Shown: piece after piece, positions 40,173 to 51,388 of the stretch
Layout: every line of letters begins with the position of its first letter
Position numbering within the stretch: position 1 is the stretch's first letter
NCBI GenBank assembly: GCA_965205655.1
Contig: CBDBIJ010000029.1
Location: 32,001 to 96,000, forward strand
Direction: 5' to 3'
DNA from: Candidatus Latescibacterota bacterium
GTDB taxonomy: Bacteria; Latescibacterota; UBA2968; UBA8231
Length of the DNA stretch: 64,000 nucleotides
Program-made: the position numbers and the translations under genes
The notes under the pieces: generated by a model
The model's database searches: none
What the model saw: the letters and a program-made list of their open reading frames with translations, nothing else
Told to the model about the DNA's origin: nothing

Positions 40173-40970
40173 ATGACTGTTGAAGAAATCCTGTCGCGCC
40201 TGCAGACCGACGGCTGGTGCACGGTCGAGGGGGTGATCCCCGCCGACAGGATAGGTCCCGTTCGCGCGGAGGTAGAGGCGGTGACCGCCGCCCATGGTGT
40301 GAGCAAGACCTACGAAGGATTGCGCAGTGGCTGGGGTATTATCGGTTCCATCCCCTCCTTCGTACCCCACGTAGCGGACGAGCGCGTCTTCGGTGTGGCG
40401 CAGAGGTGGTTCGGCCCGCACGTGCGGATTTCCTACACCTATTCCATGGTCACGACGCCGGGCAACGCCCGTGGCGGCTGGCACGCGGACTGGCCCTATG
40501 CCCAGAACAAGGCCGGCCATATTCCGGCGCCCTACCCGGACTTTTCGGTGCAGCTTTCGAGCCTGTGGCTGATCTCCGACTTCACCATAGAAAACGGCGG
40601 CACCTGGATCGTGCCCGGCAGTCACCGGCAGCGCAACAACCCCACCGGCGACATGGGCGTCGACCGCTTCGAACCCGACCCGACCGAGATGCAGGTCACC
40701 GGGCCGGCCGGCAGCGTCCTCGTCTTCGACAGCCGCCTGTGGCATGCCACGGCGAGCAACGACAGCACTGAGCCGCGAGTGGCGGTGGTGGTGCGCTATG
40801 TCCCCTGGTGGCTCAATCTGGAGGTGTTGATGCCCGGTTCGGATGAACGCAAGCGCATGGTGGAGGAGCCGGGCCTGTTGGAAAACGAGGTACCGGCGGT
40901 GACGCCCGATGAGTACGCGGCCCTGCCGGATGAGGTCAAACCCCTCTACCGGCACTGGGTAAGAGGGTGA
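40173..40970 (+). CDS. PhyH-family dioxygenase
   Basis: WHAD, DFT.ENGGT..VPGSH, LWH...N....R. Confidence 0.88.
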   Translation: MTVEEILSRLQTDGWCTVEGVIPADRIGPVRAEVEAVTAAHGVSKTYEGLRSGWGIIGSIPSFVPHVADERVFGVAQRWFGPHVRISYTYSMVTTPGNARGGWHADWPYAQNKAGHIPAPYPDFSVQLSSLWLISDFTIENGGTWIVPGSHRQRNNPTGDMGVDRFEPDPTEMQVTGPAGSVLVFDSRLWHATASNDSTEPRVAVVVRYVPWWLNLEVLMPGSDERKRMVEEPGLLENEVPAVTPDEYAALPDEVKPLYRHWVRG

Positions 40971-41034
40971 GACGTGAATCTCATTCGCTACATAGACAAT
41001 GTCCGCAACAGATAATAGCACAGGAGATTGAGTC

Positions 41035-42678
41035 ATGGATGCAGAACGACACAAGGCGCGCTGGCGCAAACGCCGGATCATCTACAACAACGACGGCGAC
41101 GACGTCATAGAAGCGCGCTCCGGCATGGAAAACGAACACGATGTAGCCGAAGGCCTGATGGTGCGCCGGACAGGAGATACGGTCCAGGATTTCCTCGATA
41201 CCCGCAGCACACCACTGATCGGCTCGCAGGTAGACAGCAACTGGTTCGCCAGCGCCATGGCCGGCGTCACCTTTTCCCACCACACCAAGCTCGGCGGTTT
41301 TTACGGCGAGGGGGTCCCCTTGGAACTGGTGGAGAAGTACGGTCGCGACGCGCTCCAGGTCCAGCTGGACTTCAGCCACGAAAACGGCATGGAGGCGGCG
41401 TGGGCTTTGCGCATGAACGACGTTCACGACTCATATCCACCTGGAAGCCGCCGTTGGAACTATGGTTTGGCAAAGTTCAAGCGAGATAACCCGGAATACA
41501 TGATGCGCGAAGAGCCTGACTGGGATAACCTGGAACATCCCGAAAATGTGCCGTCGTGGTCGGGATTGGATTTCGCCATTCCACAGGTCCGGGATCACAT
41601 CTTCGCCATCATCGAGGAGGTGGCGGAGAACTACGACGTCGACCTCATCGGCATGGAGTTCTTCAAGTACTTCCCGTTCTTCCGCGAATCGCTGGACGGC
41701 AGCCCCGTCGAGCCCGAGCACCTCGAGATGATGAACGATCTCCTGCGCCGAATTCGCCGCATGGCCGACGACGTTGCCAGCCGTCGCGGCCGCCCACTGC
41801 TGCTGGCCGCCCACACCCCGTTCAGCCTGGAGGATTCCGTCCACGTCGGCGTAGACCTGGAAACATGGCTCAAGGAAGGACTGATCGACCAGTTTTGCCC
41901 CGGCGGCAATATGGAGTCCGTCTTCCGCGATTCCTACACCGACATCATCGCATTGGGACACAAGTACGAGGTCCCGGTCTATCCATGCGTGTCGTGGGCG
42001 TTTTGGGATCGCTGGGTATTCCTGGGGCACAGCGAGGGCAAATACAGGGATTACCGCGAATGGTTGGAAACCCTCTACGGGGGGCAGCCCGATCGCCTCG
42101 GCAAACCGACGTATATCCTGGTGTTCAATCGGTGGGAGGGCGCATTCCCGGCCTGGCGCGGCGCTGCCATGAACATGTTGAATGCCGGCGCCGACGGACT
42201 CTACATCTTCAACCCCGGATTGGGAGATCCGCGGTGGTGGCGGGAGATCGGCGAGGTGGCGACCATGGCGGGAAAAGACAGACTCTACGGCATCGACCGT
42301 TTCGAAGGAGCGACCAGCTTCAGCCACCTCAAGGAGGTAACACTCGAGCCGGACGCCCCCCTGTCGGTGAGCTTTCAGGTGGGTGAGGACGTGGGGGCCG
42401 CAGGCGCCAGGAGTCTGGATTTCAGCCTGCATCTGTGGGACCATGTTCCGAGTGATGACCTCTCCGTGAAACTCAACGGCGCATCTGTCGAGGGATTGGA
42501 ACCGGCAGACCCGGACCGCAACCCACAGGAAGGCCAGTGGCTGCAGGCCAATCTCGATGCCAGACAGATCGAGCGAGGCGAGAACTTGCTCGAAGTGGCG
42601 GTAAAAGAACGGGGCGCCTCCGCCTCATCTCCGGTTGTGCTGGATACCGTGCAGCTGCGCGTGCGCTGCGAATCCTAG
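41035..42678 (+). CDS. uncharacterised glycoside-hydrolase-like TIM barrel (GHL10-like) with a C-terminal beta domain
   Basis: RRIIYNNDG, RMND.HD, LDFA.P.VR...YDVD, D.ETW..EGL.D, GADG.Y.FN. Confidence 0.7.
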   Translation: MDAERHKARWRKRRIIYNNDGDDVIEARSGMENEHDVAEGLMVRRTGDTVQDFLDTRSTPLIGSQVDSNWFASAMAGVTFSHHTKLGGFYGEGVPLELVEKYGRDALQVQLDFSHENGMEAAWALRMNDVHDSYPPGSRRWNYGLAKFKRDNPEYMMREEPDWDNLEHPENVPSWSGLDFAIPQVRDHIFAIIEEVAENYDVDLIGMEFFKYFPFFRESLDGSPVEPEHLEMMNDLLRRIRRMADDVASRRGRPLLLAAHTPFSLEDSVHVGVDLETWLKEGLIDQFCPGGNMESVFRDSYTDIIALGHKYEVPVYPCVSWAFWDRWVFLGHSEGKYRDYREWLETLYGGQPDRLGKPTYILVFNRWEGAFPAWRGAAMNMLNAGADGLYIFNPGLGDPRWWREIGEVATMAGKDRLYGIDRFEGATSFSHLKEVTLEPDAPLSVSFQVGEDVGAAGARSLDFSLHLWDHVPSDDLSVKLNGASVEGLEPADPDRNPQEGQWLQANLDARQIERGENLLEVAVKERGASASSPVVLDTVQLRVRCES

Positions 42679-42790
42679 TATGACCACGCGCTCGAGCGCA
42701 CTCCGGCCTGACCCGTCGTCGGTGCAGACCGATGCGCCCTTGACCGAGGACCTCCAGAACCGGTAACTGATTTCAGAAGGAGAAACCGAG

Positions 42791-44158
42791 ATGGCAGACA
42801 ATCTGGAACTGATGAGCGACGAGGCCATGCAGGAGTTCATCCGCAAAGGGTTCGTCAGTTTTCAGGCCGACATGCCCGCCGGCTTCCACCACTCACTCTA
42901 CGAGCGGACGGCGGAGCTGATGGAAGAGGCCGGCAATCCGGGAAACAACATCGTGCCGGTGTTGCCGGAGCTGCAACAGGTCCTGGACCATCCAAAGGTC
43001 GCCGGCACTCTCACCAGCGTTCTGGGAGCCGGATACCATGAGCACGCGCACCGCTACTGCCACCGCCGCGAGCTCGGGGCCGAAAGGGGATACCCCGCGC
43101 ACAAGGACGGAGACAGCCGCCATCATCACCGCACCCGCTGGTGCATGGCCTTCTACTACCCACAGGACACGACCCTGGAGTTGGGCCCGACCTCCGTGGT
43201 GCCCGGGTCACACTACTACAACCAGGAGCCCGACTCCGAGGTGGGGGACGAGATGCCCGTCTGTGGAGCCGGCGGCACCGTCACTATCGTTCATTACGAT
43301 TTATGGCATCGCCGCACCGAGAAACCGGGCGATGGCCACCGCTTCATGTACAAGTTCCTTTTTGCCCGCATGGAGGAACCGACCTCGCCGACCTGGGATT
43401 CCAACGATCTCAGCTGGCCCGAGGCAGACGACCGCCGCAATCTCATGTGGAGAGCCATGTGGGAGTGGAGCGCTGGCCGCAGCGACAACGGCCCTCAAAG
43501 TGCCGACGACGGCGACGTCGGCGAGCTGCTCGGACGACTCGAAGATGCCAATGAGACCACCTCCTTTCAGGCAGCCTATTCGTTGGCTACCATGGGCGAG
43601 CAGGCAGTGCCTCAGCTGATCACACGGTTGTCATCCGACAGTGAAGACGTGCGGCGCAACGCCGGCTACGGCCTCTCGTCGGCCGGCCAGGCCGCGGTGC
43701 CGGCACTCGAGGAAGCTGCTGGTGCCGAGCGCGCCGAGACCAGAGCTGCCGCCGTCGATGCCCTGGCCCACATGGGCCACCCTGCCGCACCGGCGACCGG
43801 GACACTGCAGGCAGCTCTCAAGGATGAGGACGACGATGTCCGCAAGTACGCCTCCTACGCCCTCTGCAATGTCGGTGACGCGGCGGCAACCGCCGTCCCG
43901 TCCCTCATCGACGCACTCGACGATTCTGAGGTCTGGGTAGTCCGCAACTCTTCGCTGGCACTGGCAAGGCTGGGTGCAAAGGCTGCCGAAGCCGTGCCGG
44001 CGCTTGCCCGCAACCTGCACCACGAGAATCGCTACGTTCAGGGGAAGGCGGTGTTGGCGTTGAGACGCATCGGCACCCGGGAAGCGACCGATGTGTTGAT
44101 CGAGCACCTAACGACGGCGAGGTGGTGTCCGCTCACGAGCTCGAAGAGCCAATATTGA
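42791..44158 (+). CDS. PhyH-family dioxygenase fused to HEAT (PBS-lyase-like) repeats
   Basis: HKD, YYPQDT...GPT...PG.H, HYDLWH; C-terminal AVP.L..AL.D...VR..A..AL repeats. Confidence 0.85.
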   Translation: MADNLELMSDEAMQEFIRKGFVSFQADMPAGFHHSLYERTAELMEEAGNPGNNIVPVLPELQQVLDHPKVAGTLTSVLGAGYHEHAHRYCHRRELGAERGYPAHKDGDSRHHHRTRWCMAFYYPQDTTLELGPTSVVPGSHYYNQEPDSEVGDEMPVCGAGGTVTIVHYDLWHRRTEKPGDGHRFMYKFLFARMEEPTSPTWDSNDLSWPEADDRRNLMWRAMWEWSAGRSDNGPQSADDGDVGELLGRLEDANETTSFQAAYSLATMGEQAVPQLITRLSSDSEDVRRNAGYGLSSAGQAAVPALEEAAGAERAETRAAAVDALAHMGHPAAPATGTLQAALKDEDDDVRKYASYALCNVGDAAATAVPSLIDALDDSEVWVVRNSSLALARLGAKAAEAVPALARNLHHENRYVQGKAVLALRRIGTREATDVLIEHLTTARWCPLTSSKSQY

Positions 44159-44200
44159 CGTCCGCTGCGCTGTTGTGATTAGGTCGCGCAGTGGGCCCTT

Positions 44201-45220
44201 TCACCGAAGGCTGGAGCCCAAAATCTCGGCCAACCTCGGCCTCATCCCCTCGGCCATCCGGGCAAAACCGAGGTCGTTCGGGTGTCCCCCGTCAACCGCG
44301 CCATCCGTAAAATCGGCCCCCAGATAATCCGCGGCCTCAAGCACATAGACCCCCCGATCACCCTCCTGCTTCTGGGCTTGAACCGCCGCACGGATAATGT
44401 CCCGCTTCTCCCCTACCGTCTGCTGAAACTCTTCTGACCAGAGTTCTTGATTGTAGAAAATCGGTGTGGTCGCCAGAAGCGGCGTCTGTGGCTGGGCCTC
44501 ACGCAGGATATTCAAAAAGGGTTTGAAGCGTTCGCGGAGTTGCTCAGGGCTCGTATTCTGTCCCACGTCCAGCACCCAACAACAAGCCTCGACCTCGGCT
44601 AGAGCCTCTGCCACCTCCAGGTCGCACCGCCCCTTCCCGGCAAAACCGAAATTGGCATAATCCAGGTTGAGGTCGCGGGCGAGCATGGCCTGATAGCTCA
44701 GCCCGGGGCGGGAAGCGCACCCCCCCTGGGTAATGGACGTACCGTAGAACACGACCGGTTTCTCAACCGCAAACGGCGCAGGCAGCTCAAACCCAGCGCC
44801 CTCATCCACGCCAATTGCGAGCACCTCCACCGGCCCGTAGAGGGGCAGGTACACACACACATCCCGCATCTGCCGGGGCACTCCGTCGAACAGGGACAGC
44901 TCTGCCTCCCCGCCTTCCGCGCCCGGAATCCTGGCCGACCAGCAGCGGCCGTCCACGTAGGTGGAAATCCCGTGCGAAGCATACTGCGTCATGTTCGGGT
45001 GAATTGAAAATCCGGGAAACCGGGCCTTCACGGAAAGCGATCCCGTATCGGTACGAAATCGCAGGCGGCCACCGGCAGTCTGCCGCCCGGCCTCAAAAAG
45101 CCACCTGGGCAGGCGCTCCTTCATGCGTTCGGGGAATCGCCACAGCATCGGCGCGGTCTCTGAGAACCAGGGAAACCCGCAGACCTGACAGTTCGGATCG
45201 GGAAAAGACAACCACTGCAT
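44201..45220 (-). CDS. SGNH/GDSL hydrolase with an N-terminal GxDLY-type domain
   Basis: GGR.RF.T, YLPLY, YGTSITQG, N.GF.G, DG.HP. Confidence 0.88.
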   Translation of the reverse strand: MQWLSFPDPNCQVCGFPWFSETAPMLWRFPERMKERLPRWLFEAGRQTAGGRLRFRTDTGSLSVKARFPGFSIHPNMTQYASHGISTYVDGRCWSARIPGAEGGEAELSLFDGVPRQMRDVCVYLPLYGPVEVLAIGVDEGAGFELPAPFAVEKPVVFYGTSITQGGCASRPGLSYQAMLARDLNLDYANFGFAGKGRCDLEVAEALAEVEACCWVLDVGQNTSPEQLRERFKPFLNILREAQPQTPLLATTPIFYNQELWSEEFQQTVGEKRDIIRAAVQAQKQEGDRGVYVLEAADYLGADFTDGAVDGGHPNDLGFARMAEGMRPRLAEILGSSLR

Positions 45221-45277
45221 AAAACTTCCTCATCGTCCCGGATGAAAGCCGGGATCTGACCGGAGGGTGGATCGCGT

Positions 45278-45652
45278 TTATTGCCGCTCCCATGTCTCGG
45301 ACGAAGCCAGTATCGTCGATGATGACTGTCAGCCGGTCGCTGTGATCATGTAATCACCAGAGGATGTGATGGTTTCACCTCCCATAGTAGTAGCAATGAT
45401 CAACTTGCCTCCTGCGATTTCCAACGTGGCCTCCACCGAGTCCACATTTCCGATTTCCACGGAGATTGTGTACGTCCCATCGGCACGTATCACCATGGTG
45501 GTGGCCTGCATGAACTCTTCAGAAACATCAGGATCGCTTGAGGATACTCCAACCCAAGTGCCCACAAGCTCGTTTCCGGGTCCCGTCGGAGTGTCATCGC
45601 CGCACCCGATGATGGCGGCAAAAAGGCACAGCGGAAGCAACCATCTCATCAT
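45278..45652 (-). CDS. lipocalin-like lipoprotein (frameshifted near the C-terminus)
   Basis: Lipobox IIGC; LVGTW motif; ...DRLTVIIDD...ETWERQ* continues in shifted frames. Confidence 0.6.
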
Positions 45653-45774
45653 CAATACCCCATTCCGGACTATTTGCTCTGAGACCGACAATCTCAGCCA
45701 ACTTCGGCCTGGCGGCCAATATCCATAGATTTAATACTGTTGTGAATCACGACTATCGAGAAAAGGAGTGAACT

Positions 45775-46503
45775 GTGTCGCAAGCGAAAACACTCAGACA
45801 ACGCATGAAAGACGGCGAAGTGCTGGTTGCCCTACGCGGCTCGATACTGACGAGCAAAAACGAGCTGGCCGATATATGGTCGACAGGCAATTACGACTAT
45901 GTCTGGATAGACGGTCAGCATACCGCCTTTCGCGAAGAACAGCTGGTCCAGTATTGCGCCGCTGCCGAAGAATTGGGCATCGACGTGCAATTGCGCATCC
46001 CCCACACCCGCCATGCCTATCTGGTCGGGCGCTTTCTGGACTTCGGATTCACCGCGGTGCTAATCCCCGAAGTGATGGAACCCGAGACGGTGGATGACGC
46101 CATCGCCTATGCCTATTACGGACCGATAGGACGACGCAGTTGGGGCGGTCTCGCCCGCCGGGGCCTGGCCCTGCGGCCTGATCGGCTCGATTATGCGGCC
46201 TGGTGGAACGACTATGTGATTTTAGCTCTTCAGATAGAATCCGCCGAAGCGGTGACCAATATTCGCAAGCTGGCCAAACCCGGGGTAAGCGTCGTCACCT
46301 TTGGACCGAACGACCTCACATTCAGCTTGGAGGGCCATCCGGAATATCCGCTGCAAAACGTCGAAGATTGTATGCGCAATGTGGCCGCGCAACTGGCAGG
46401 CACCGGCATACGTCTGGCCATGGGCACGCCAACAGAGCCGGAAGAGCGCGATAGGTACCTGGAGATGGGGGTCACACTCTTTATGCAAACCGCGCCGGCC
46501 TAG
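45775..46503 (+). CDS. HpcH/HpaI aldolase family protein
   Basis: D.VWID.QH, LD.G..., Y.P.G.R, QIES, GPNDL. Confidence 0.88.
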   Translation: MSQAKTLRQRMKDGEVLVALRGSILTSKNELADIWSTGNYDYVWIDGQHTAFREEQLVQYCAAAEELGIDVQLRIPHTRHAYLVGRFLDFGFTAVLIPEVMEPETVDDAIAYAYYGPIGRRSWGGLARRGLALRPDRLDYAAWWNDYVILALQIESAEAVTNIRKLAKPGVSVVTFGPNDLTFSLEGHPEYPLQNVEDCMRNVAAQLAGTGIRLAMGTPTEPEERDRYLEMGVTLFMQTAPA

Positions 46504-48869
46504 CGCTGCCCGGCAGGGGCGGCGTCCGCCGCATGAGGACGAGGATGACGGCGATGAGGACGAGGGACGCTGCACCCAGCGATGGGAAAACGGCGTCGAG
46601 GCCGAGCCTGACCTCAATGACGCCGAGAATCTGTACCGCGGCGGCGCCCACACCAAAGGTGAGAACGAACTTGGCACCGAAGGCGGCGTGGTGCAGCCTC
46701 TTCGGAGTGAGCCGGGCGACGAGAGTGTTCTCGATCGGCTGCATGCCGAACAGGAAAAAGAAGTAAGCCACCGCGAGCAGAACGAGCCCTGTCTCGGCGG
46801 CCAGAGACATGAGGAAGGTGAACAAGGCCACCAAAACCTAGTGTTCCGTCGCAGAAATACAGTGACATATTCGTTTGACCTTGGCAAGGATCGAGTCGGC
46901 CGTGGCCGTCCACCCAAAGGGATGGGCGTTGGCGTTCCATTTGTCGGTGTAGCGCTCGATCCTCTGAATGAGCTCTTTGACCTTGCGGAATGAGCCACGC
47001 CGGATGGCTCGCCGCGTGATGATGTTGAACCAGATCTCGACCTGGTTGAGCCACGAGGCGTAGGTCGGAGTAAAGTGGAGGTGGAATCGGGGCCGGCTGG
47101 CCAACCACTTCTTGACGCTGGCGTACTTGTGGGTGCCGTAGTTGTCGACGATCAAGTGAACGTCCAGATCCGCAGGCACGTTCGCGTCGATATGGCGTAG
47201 GAACTGCAAAAACTCCTGATGGCGATGACGAGGCTTGCACTGAGTCAGGACTTCACCGGTGGCCACATCCAGAGCGGCAAACAGCGTTGTGGTGCCGTGT
47301 CGCTTGTAGTCGTGGGTGACGCCCTCCGCGTAGCCCAGGCCCAGCGGCAGCAACGGCTGACTGCGCTCCAGAGCCTGCACTTGGCTCTTCTCGTCAACGC
47401 ACAGGACGACGGCATGGTCGGGCGGGTTGAGATACAAGCCCACAACATCGCGTACCTTATCCACGAAGAAAGGATCAGTGGACAGCTTGAAATTCTGGGT
47501 CCGGTGCGGCTGTAAGCCGAATGTGCGCCAGATGCGATGGACCGCGTCCTTGGTCAGGCCGGTCTCCTCGCCCATGGAGCGCACCGTCCACTGGGTTTTG
47601 TCCTCCGGCTTGGTCTTCAGTGTCTTGTATACCACCTCGGCCACTTGTTCGTCCGAGATCGATCGGGGCGCACCGGGTCGCAGCTCGTCGTACAACCCGT
47701 TGAGGCCGTTTTCCACGAAGCGACGACGCCACTTGCCGACGGTCACTTGTGACAGCCCCACAGCTTCGCCGATGGCCTTGTTGGGCCATCCCTCGGCGGC
47801 CAGCAACACGATCTCGGCGCGTCGCACCAAACCGTGCGGCAGGGATCGAGATTTGGCCATTGATTCCAATTGCTGCCGAGTTTGCCCCGTCATTTCGAGA
47901 GGTGGAAGAAAGCGTCCGCGTGGCATGAGTTTCCTCCGTTCCTTGTTTGTGGAATAGGTCTGGATGAAACTTAACCACACAACTGTACTAGTACAAGTTA
48001 TTTGTACGACAATACACTAGGTACCCGCGCTTCAACTCGAAGCGCTCGGCCACACGTCCACCGGTGTACTGCCCGAATATCCCGACGGCGAAGACGAGTG
48101 AGGCGATGGCGGTGGCGGCCACGTTCTCGGAAACGCCGCCAGCCCAGGCGGCCAGCTGCTCGAAGATGCGGTGGCTCTCCACTTCGAAGTATGCCGGCAG
48201 TATGACGGTGGCGCCGCGGTAGACGAGTCCCCCCAACATCATGGCCACCAGCAAAATGAGGAAGGGACCGAGCATACCTCCGTCCCGCTCGGCGCCATCG
48301 TCGGCGGCGTCCCCATCCTTTTCCCGCGGCGAGAGCAGGACAGACAGGGCTCCCACAACATTGAGGCCGGCCACGGCGACGTAGGCCATCTCCGGACCCC
48401 ACAGGTAGTTGAGGATGCCGGCCAGCAGCGGGGCCACGGCGATGCCGAGGTTGCCGAACATGCCGTTGTAGCCGAGGCCGATACTGACGCGTTCCAGGCG
48501 TCTGGAGATCCAGCCGAGCCCGGCCGGATGGTAGATGCCGGAGAACAGACCCAGAGCTGCCAGGGCCAGAGAAAGCCTGGTGGGATCATCGATCCACAGG
48601 GCGGCGGCCACACAGCTGAGGGCGGCGCCGGTGTGATACAGGAAGAGGAGGCACGGGGCCCCCCACCGGTCAGTCAGCATCCCCCACGGCAGGGCGGTGA
48701 CACCGAAGAGGAGGTACATCCAGAAGGATATCGCCAGCACGGCTGCCATCGATAGCTCGAGACGGGCGGCCAGCGGCAGAACGAGCGCCGGGAACACGAG
48801 CATGTTGACGTGGCTGAGAAAGTGTCCGAAACAGGTGACGACGAGAATGCGGCGGTCACTGGAACGCAT
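46481..48869 (-). pseudogene. MFS transporter interrupted by IS630
   Basis: 5' part 48869-48017 (GH...H, G.L.DRWG, IYHP.G) and 3' part 46837-46481 (MQPIENTLVA) flank the IS; an extra frameshift lies at the junction. Confidence 0.85.
46838..48020 (-). mobile_element. IS630-family insertion sequence, copy 2 (transposase 46838-47926)
   Basis: Nearly identical to copy 1, inverted; CTAG at both ends. Confidence 0.93.
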
Positions 48870-49033
48870 AGATACAGGCTCAGGGTTGAGTCGCGCGGTG
48901 GAGTGTGGCTCACATCACAGCAGTGATGGTCGGCCAAGAGTGGCTAAACTGGCAACCCTTATGCCTGTAGCGCCACCCGACGACTCGAGCATGACGTACG
49001 CTACGAATACTCAACCAGCGGAGGAATAATAGG

Positions 49034-49530
49034 ATGACGATCGAGTGGAAATTGGCTTTCGAACAAGACAGTGAGCTTGTGACCGTGAGCGGCAGCGCCG
49101 CCGCTGTCGCCGATGCCGTCCGACGGGGCGCCGATCTGCGACTCTACATGACGACGCCGACGTATGAGGAGACTCTCTACTTCCAACAGACATACGCCGG
49201 CGAGGGTGACGCGTTCGCCGGATTGATGAGCCACCATCACTCCTATGTATGGGACGGAAAGCCGTTCGGTGAACCCTACGTCTGTCTGTTTAGATACGAC
49301 GCCTCGGGGGGCTTTTCCATGGTTAAGTGGCTACTGGGGGATCGAGCCGAGGATCACAGCTCGGCCGGTGCCTATGGTGTCTATCGCTGGTTCGTCTGTG
49401 ACCGCTGGAAGCCGGTCTACGAGCATGACGCACACGGCAATTCCGTGGCCGGCAATTTGAGTGATCTAATGGAGGCGGTCCGAGCCGGTCTGTCCATCCG
49501 TGTCGGGGTGCGCCAGCTGTTCGGGTTGAG
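49034..49530 (+). pseudogene. hypothetical protein with an internal repeat, truncated by IS256
   Basis: GAGGA RBS; duplicated W...E.D.....G....AVR.G..R motif; frame runs into the IS left end. Confidence 0.65.
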
Positions 49531-50911
49531 GAGCTATAATCAGAAGGTGTGGAAATAGACAGACGGCGATCCTACCCTTCCTTTGTAATTAGCCATCACA
49601 AACGCCGGGGCTATCCCGGCAGGAAGAGGAGAATCGCCATGGCACAACCTAAGCCGAGCACGACGGAAATGTCCATGCCCACGTTCGAAACGCTGGAAGA
49701 GTGGACACGCTCGCAGATTCAGTCGCTGATGCAGTCGGTTCTGGATGAAGAAGTCACCCATGCGCTGGGACGGTCACGGTACGAGCGACAGGCACCGTTG
49801 GACGCAGCCGGCGGCTACCGCAATGGGTACGGGAAGCGGCGGCGACTGTCCTTGACCTCGGGCACGATCGAGGTGAAACGCCCTTGGGTGCGGGGTCTGG
49901 AAGAGCGATTTGAGAGTGCGGTACTGCCGCTGTTCGCCCGGCGCACCCAAGAAATAGGTCAGCTGCTGCCAGAGCTTTACCTGCACGGTTTGTCTCAGGG
50001 CGACTTCGAGCTGGCGCTGCGCGGCCTGCTGGGCAAGGGAGCGCCTTTGTCGGCGTCCTCGATCGCTCGTTTGCGTGAGAAGTGGATCGTCGAATACAAC
50101 GCCTGGCGCAGCGACTGGACGACTGGATGACCGCGAGCTCGTCTACGCCTGGGCGGACGGGATCTACGTCAAAGCCGGTCTCGAGAAGCAAAAAGCCGCT
50201 CTCCTGGTGGTCATCGGCCGCGATGAGCGATGGGCGCAAAGAAGTCCTGACGATTGTCCCGGGCTATCGCGAATCGACAGAGTCGTGGCGGCGTACTGCG
50301 CGATCTGCGTGACCGCGGACTGAGCGTGGCGAAGTTGTTGGTGGCGGATGGGCACCTGGGTATCTGGGCGCCCTGGCAGAGGTCTGGCCGGAGACGGCTG
50401 AACAGCGATGCTGGAATCACCGCATCCTGAACGTGCTGGATAAGCTGCCAAAACGCGTGCAGGTCGAAGGGCGGCACCTGCTGACACAGATCCCGTACGC
50501 GCCGACCCGTCAGGGAAGCGACGAAACGTCGCGATCAATTCGCCAAACGGTTTCGCCGCGAGTGTCCAGACGCCGTCGATATCCTTGAGCGCGATTGGGA
50601 CCGTATGGTGACATTCTACGACTTTCCCGAGGCCCACTGGCAACACCTGCGCACCACCAACGTCGTCGAAAGTCCCTTCGCTTCGGGTACGGTTGCGAAA
50701 CCAATGCGGCCAAACGATACAGGAAGGTGGCCAATGCCACCGCCCTCATTTGGCGGGTACTGATGGTGGCCGAGAAACGATTCCGGCGACTCAATGCACC
50801 GCATCTCATGGCTGACGTCTACGCCGGGGAGTGCTACGAAAACGGATCACCCATCGCGCAAAGGAAGAAGATCGCCGCCTGAGTCGTTTACACACCATTT
50901 GACCCTAGCTC
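49531..50911 (+). mobile_element. IS256-family element with a frameshifted transposase (49639-50882)
   Basis: IRs GAGCTATAATCAGAAGGTGTGGAAA / TTTACACACCATTTGACCCTAGCTC; YRNG, LYL.G.S, WADG, QRCW.H, RTTN..ES; no target duplication. Confidence 0.88.
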
Positions 50912-51137
50912 GAGGCGAGCGACGATAGCGTGCAATCGACTCCCCTCGATACGAGTCAACCGGTCGATGAGGCTGGCCAGATACCATCAGAAGCCTCAGC
51001 CGAAGACGGCGGAGAGGGGAAGGCTCGGCCGCCCACAGACGCGAGCTGACTCACAACGGCAGTGCGGCGCTGTTCACTTCCTCATTTCTTGACAGAGAGT
51101 AATAGCTCACAGTTACCCTAGCTTCAGTTGATGATAC

Positions 51138-51214
<77 letters not shown>

Positions 51215-51232
51215 TATAACACATACAGAACG

Positions 51233-51269
51233 AGCGGTTGCAAGGCTCCCGGCCATTGCAACCGCTTTT
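51233..51269 (+). terminator. terminator hairpin after the tRNA
   Basis: AGCGGTTGCAA / TTGCAACCGCT stem followed by a T run. Confidence 0.7.
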
Positions 51270-51388
51270 GGTTGTTGTGTTGAACCGGTCCTCAGTCTCG
51301 CATTCCGCTCCTGAAAGCGCGTCGTGAAACAGTTTTCGCATCCAACGGCGTGCCTTTTATCCCCGACTGCAGGAGGAGTAGCGGCAAT

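Noticed and set aside
39765..40970. 401-aa ORF as a transposase-PhyH fusion
   Set aside because: The N-terminal part is an off-frame IS630 read-through; the real gene starts at ATG 40173.
38985..48020. Composite transposon that imported 40-47 kb
   Set aside because: Copy 2 splits an MFS whose halves lie inside and outside the bracket, so the segment was resident before insertion.
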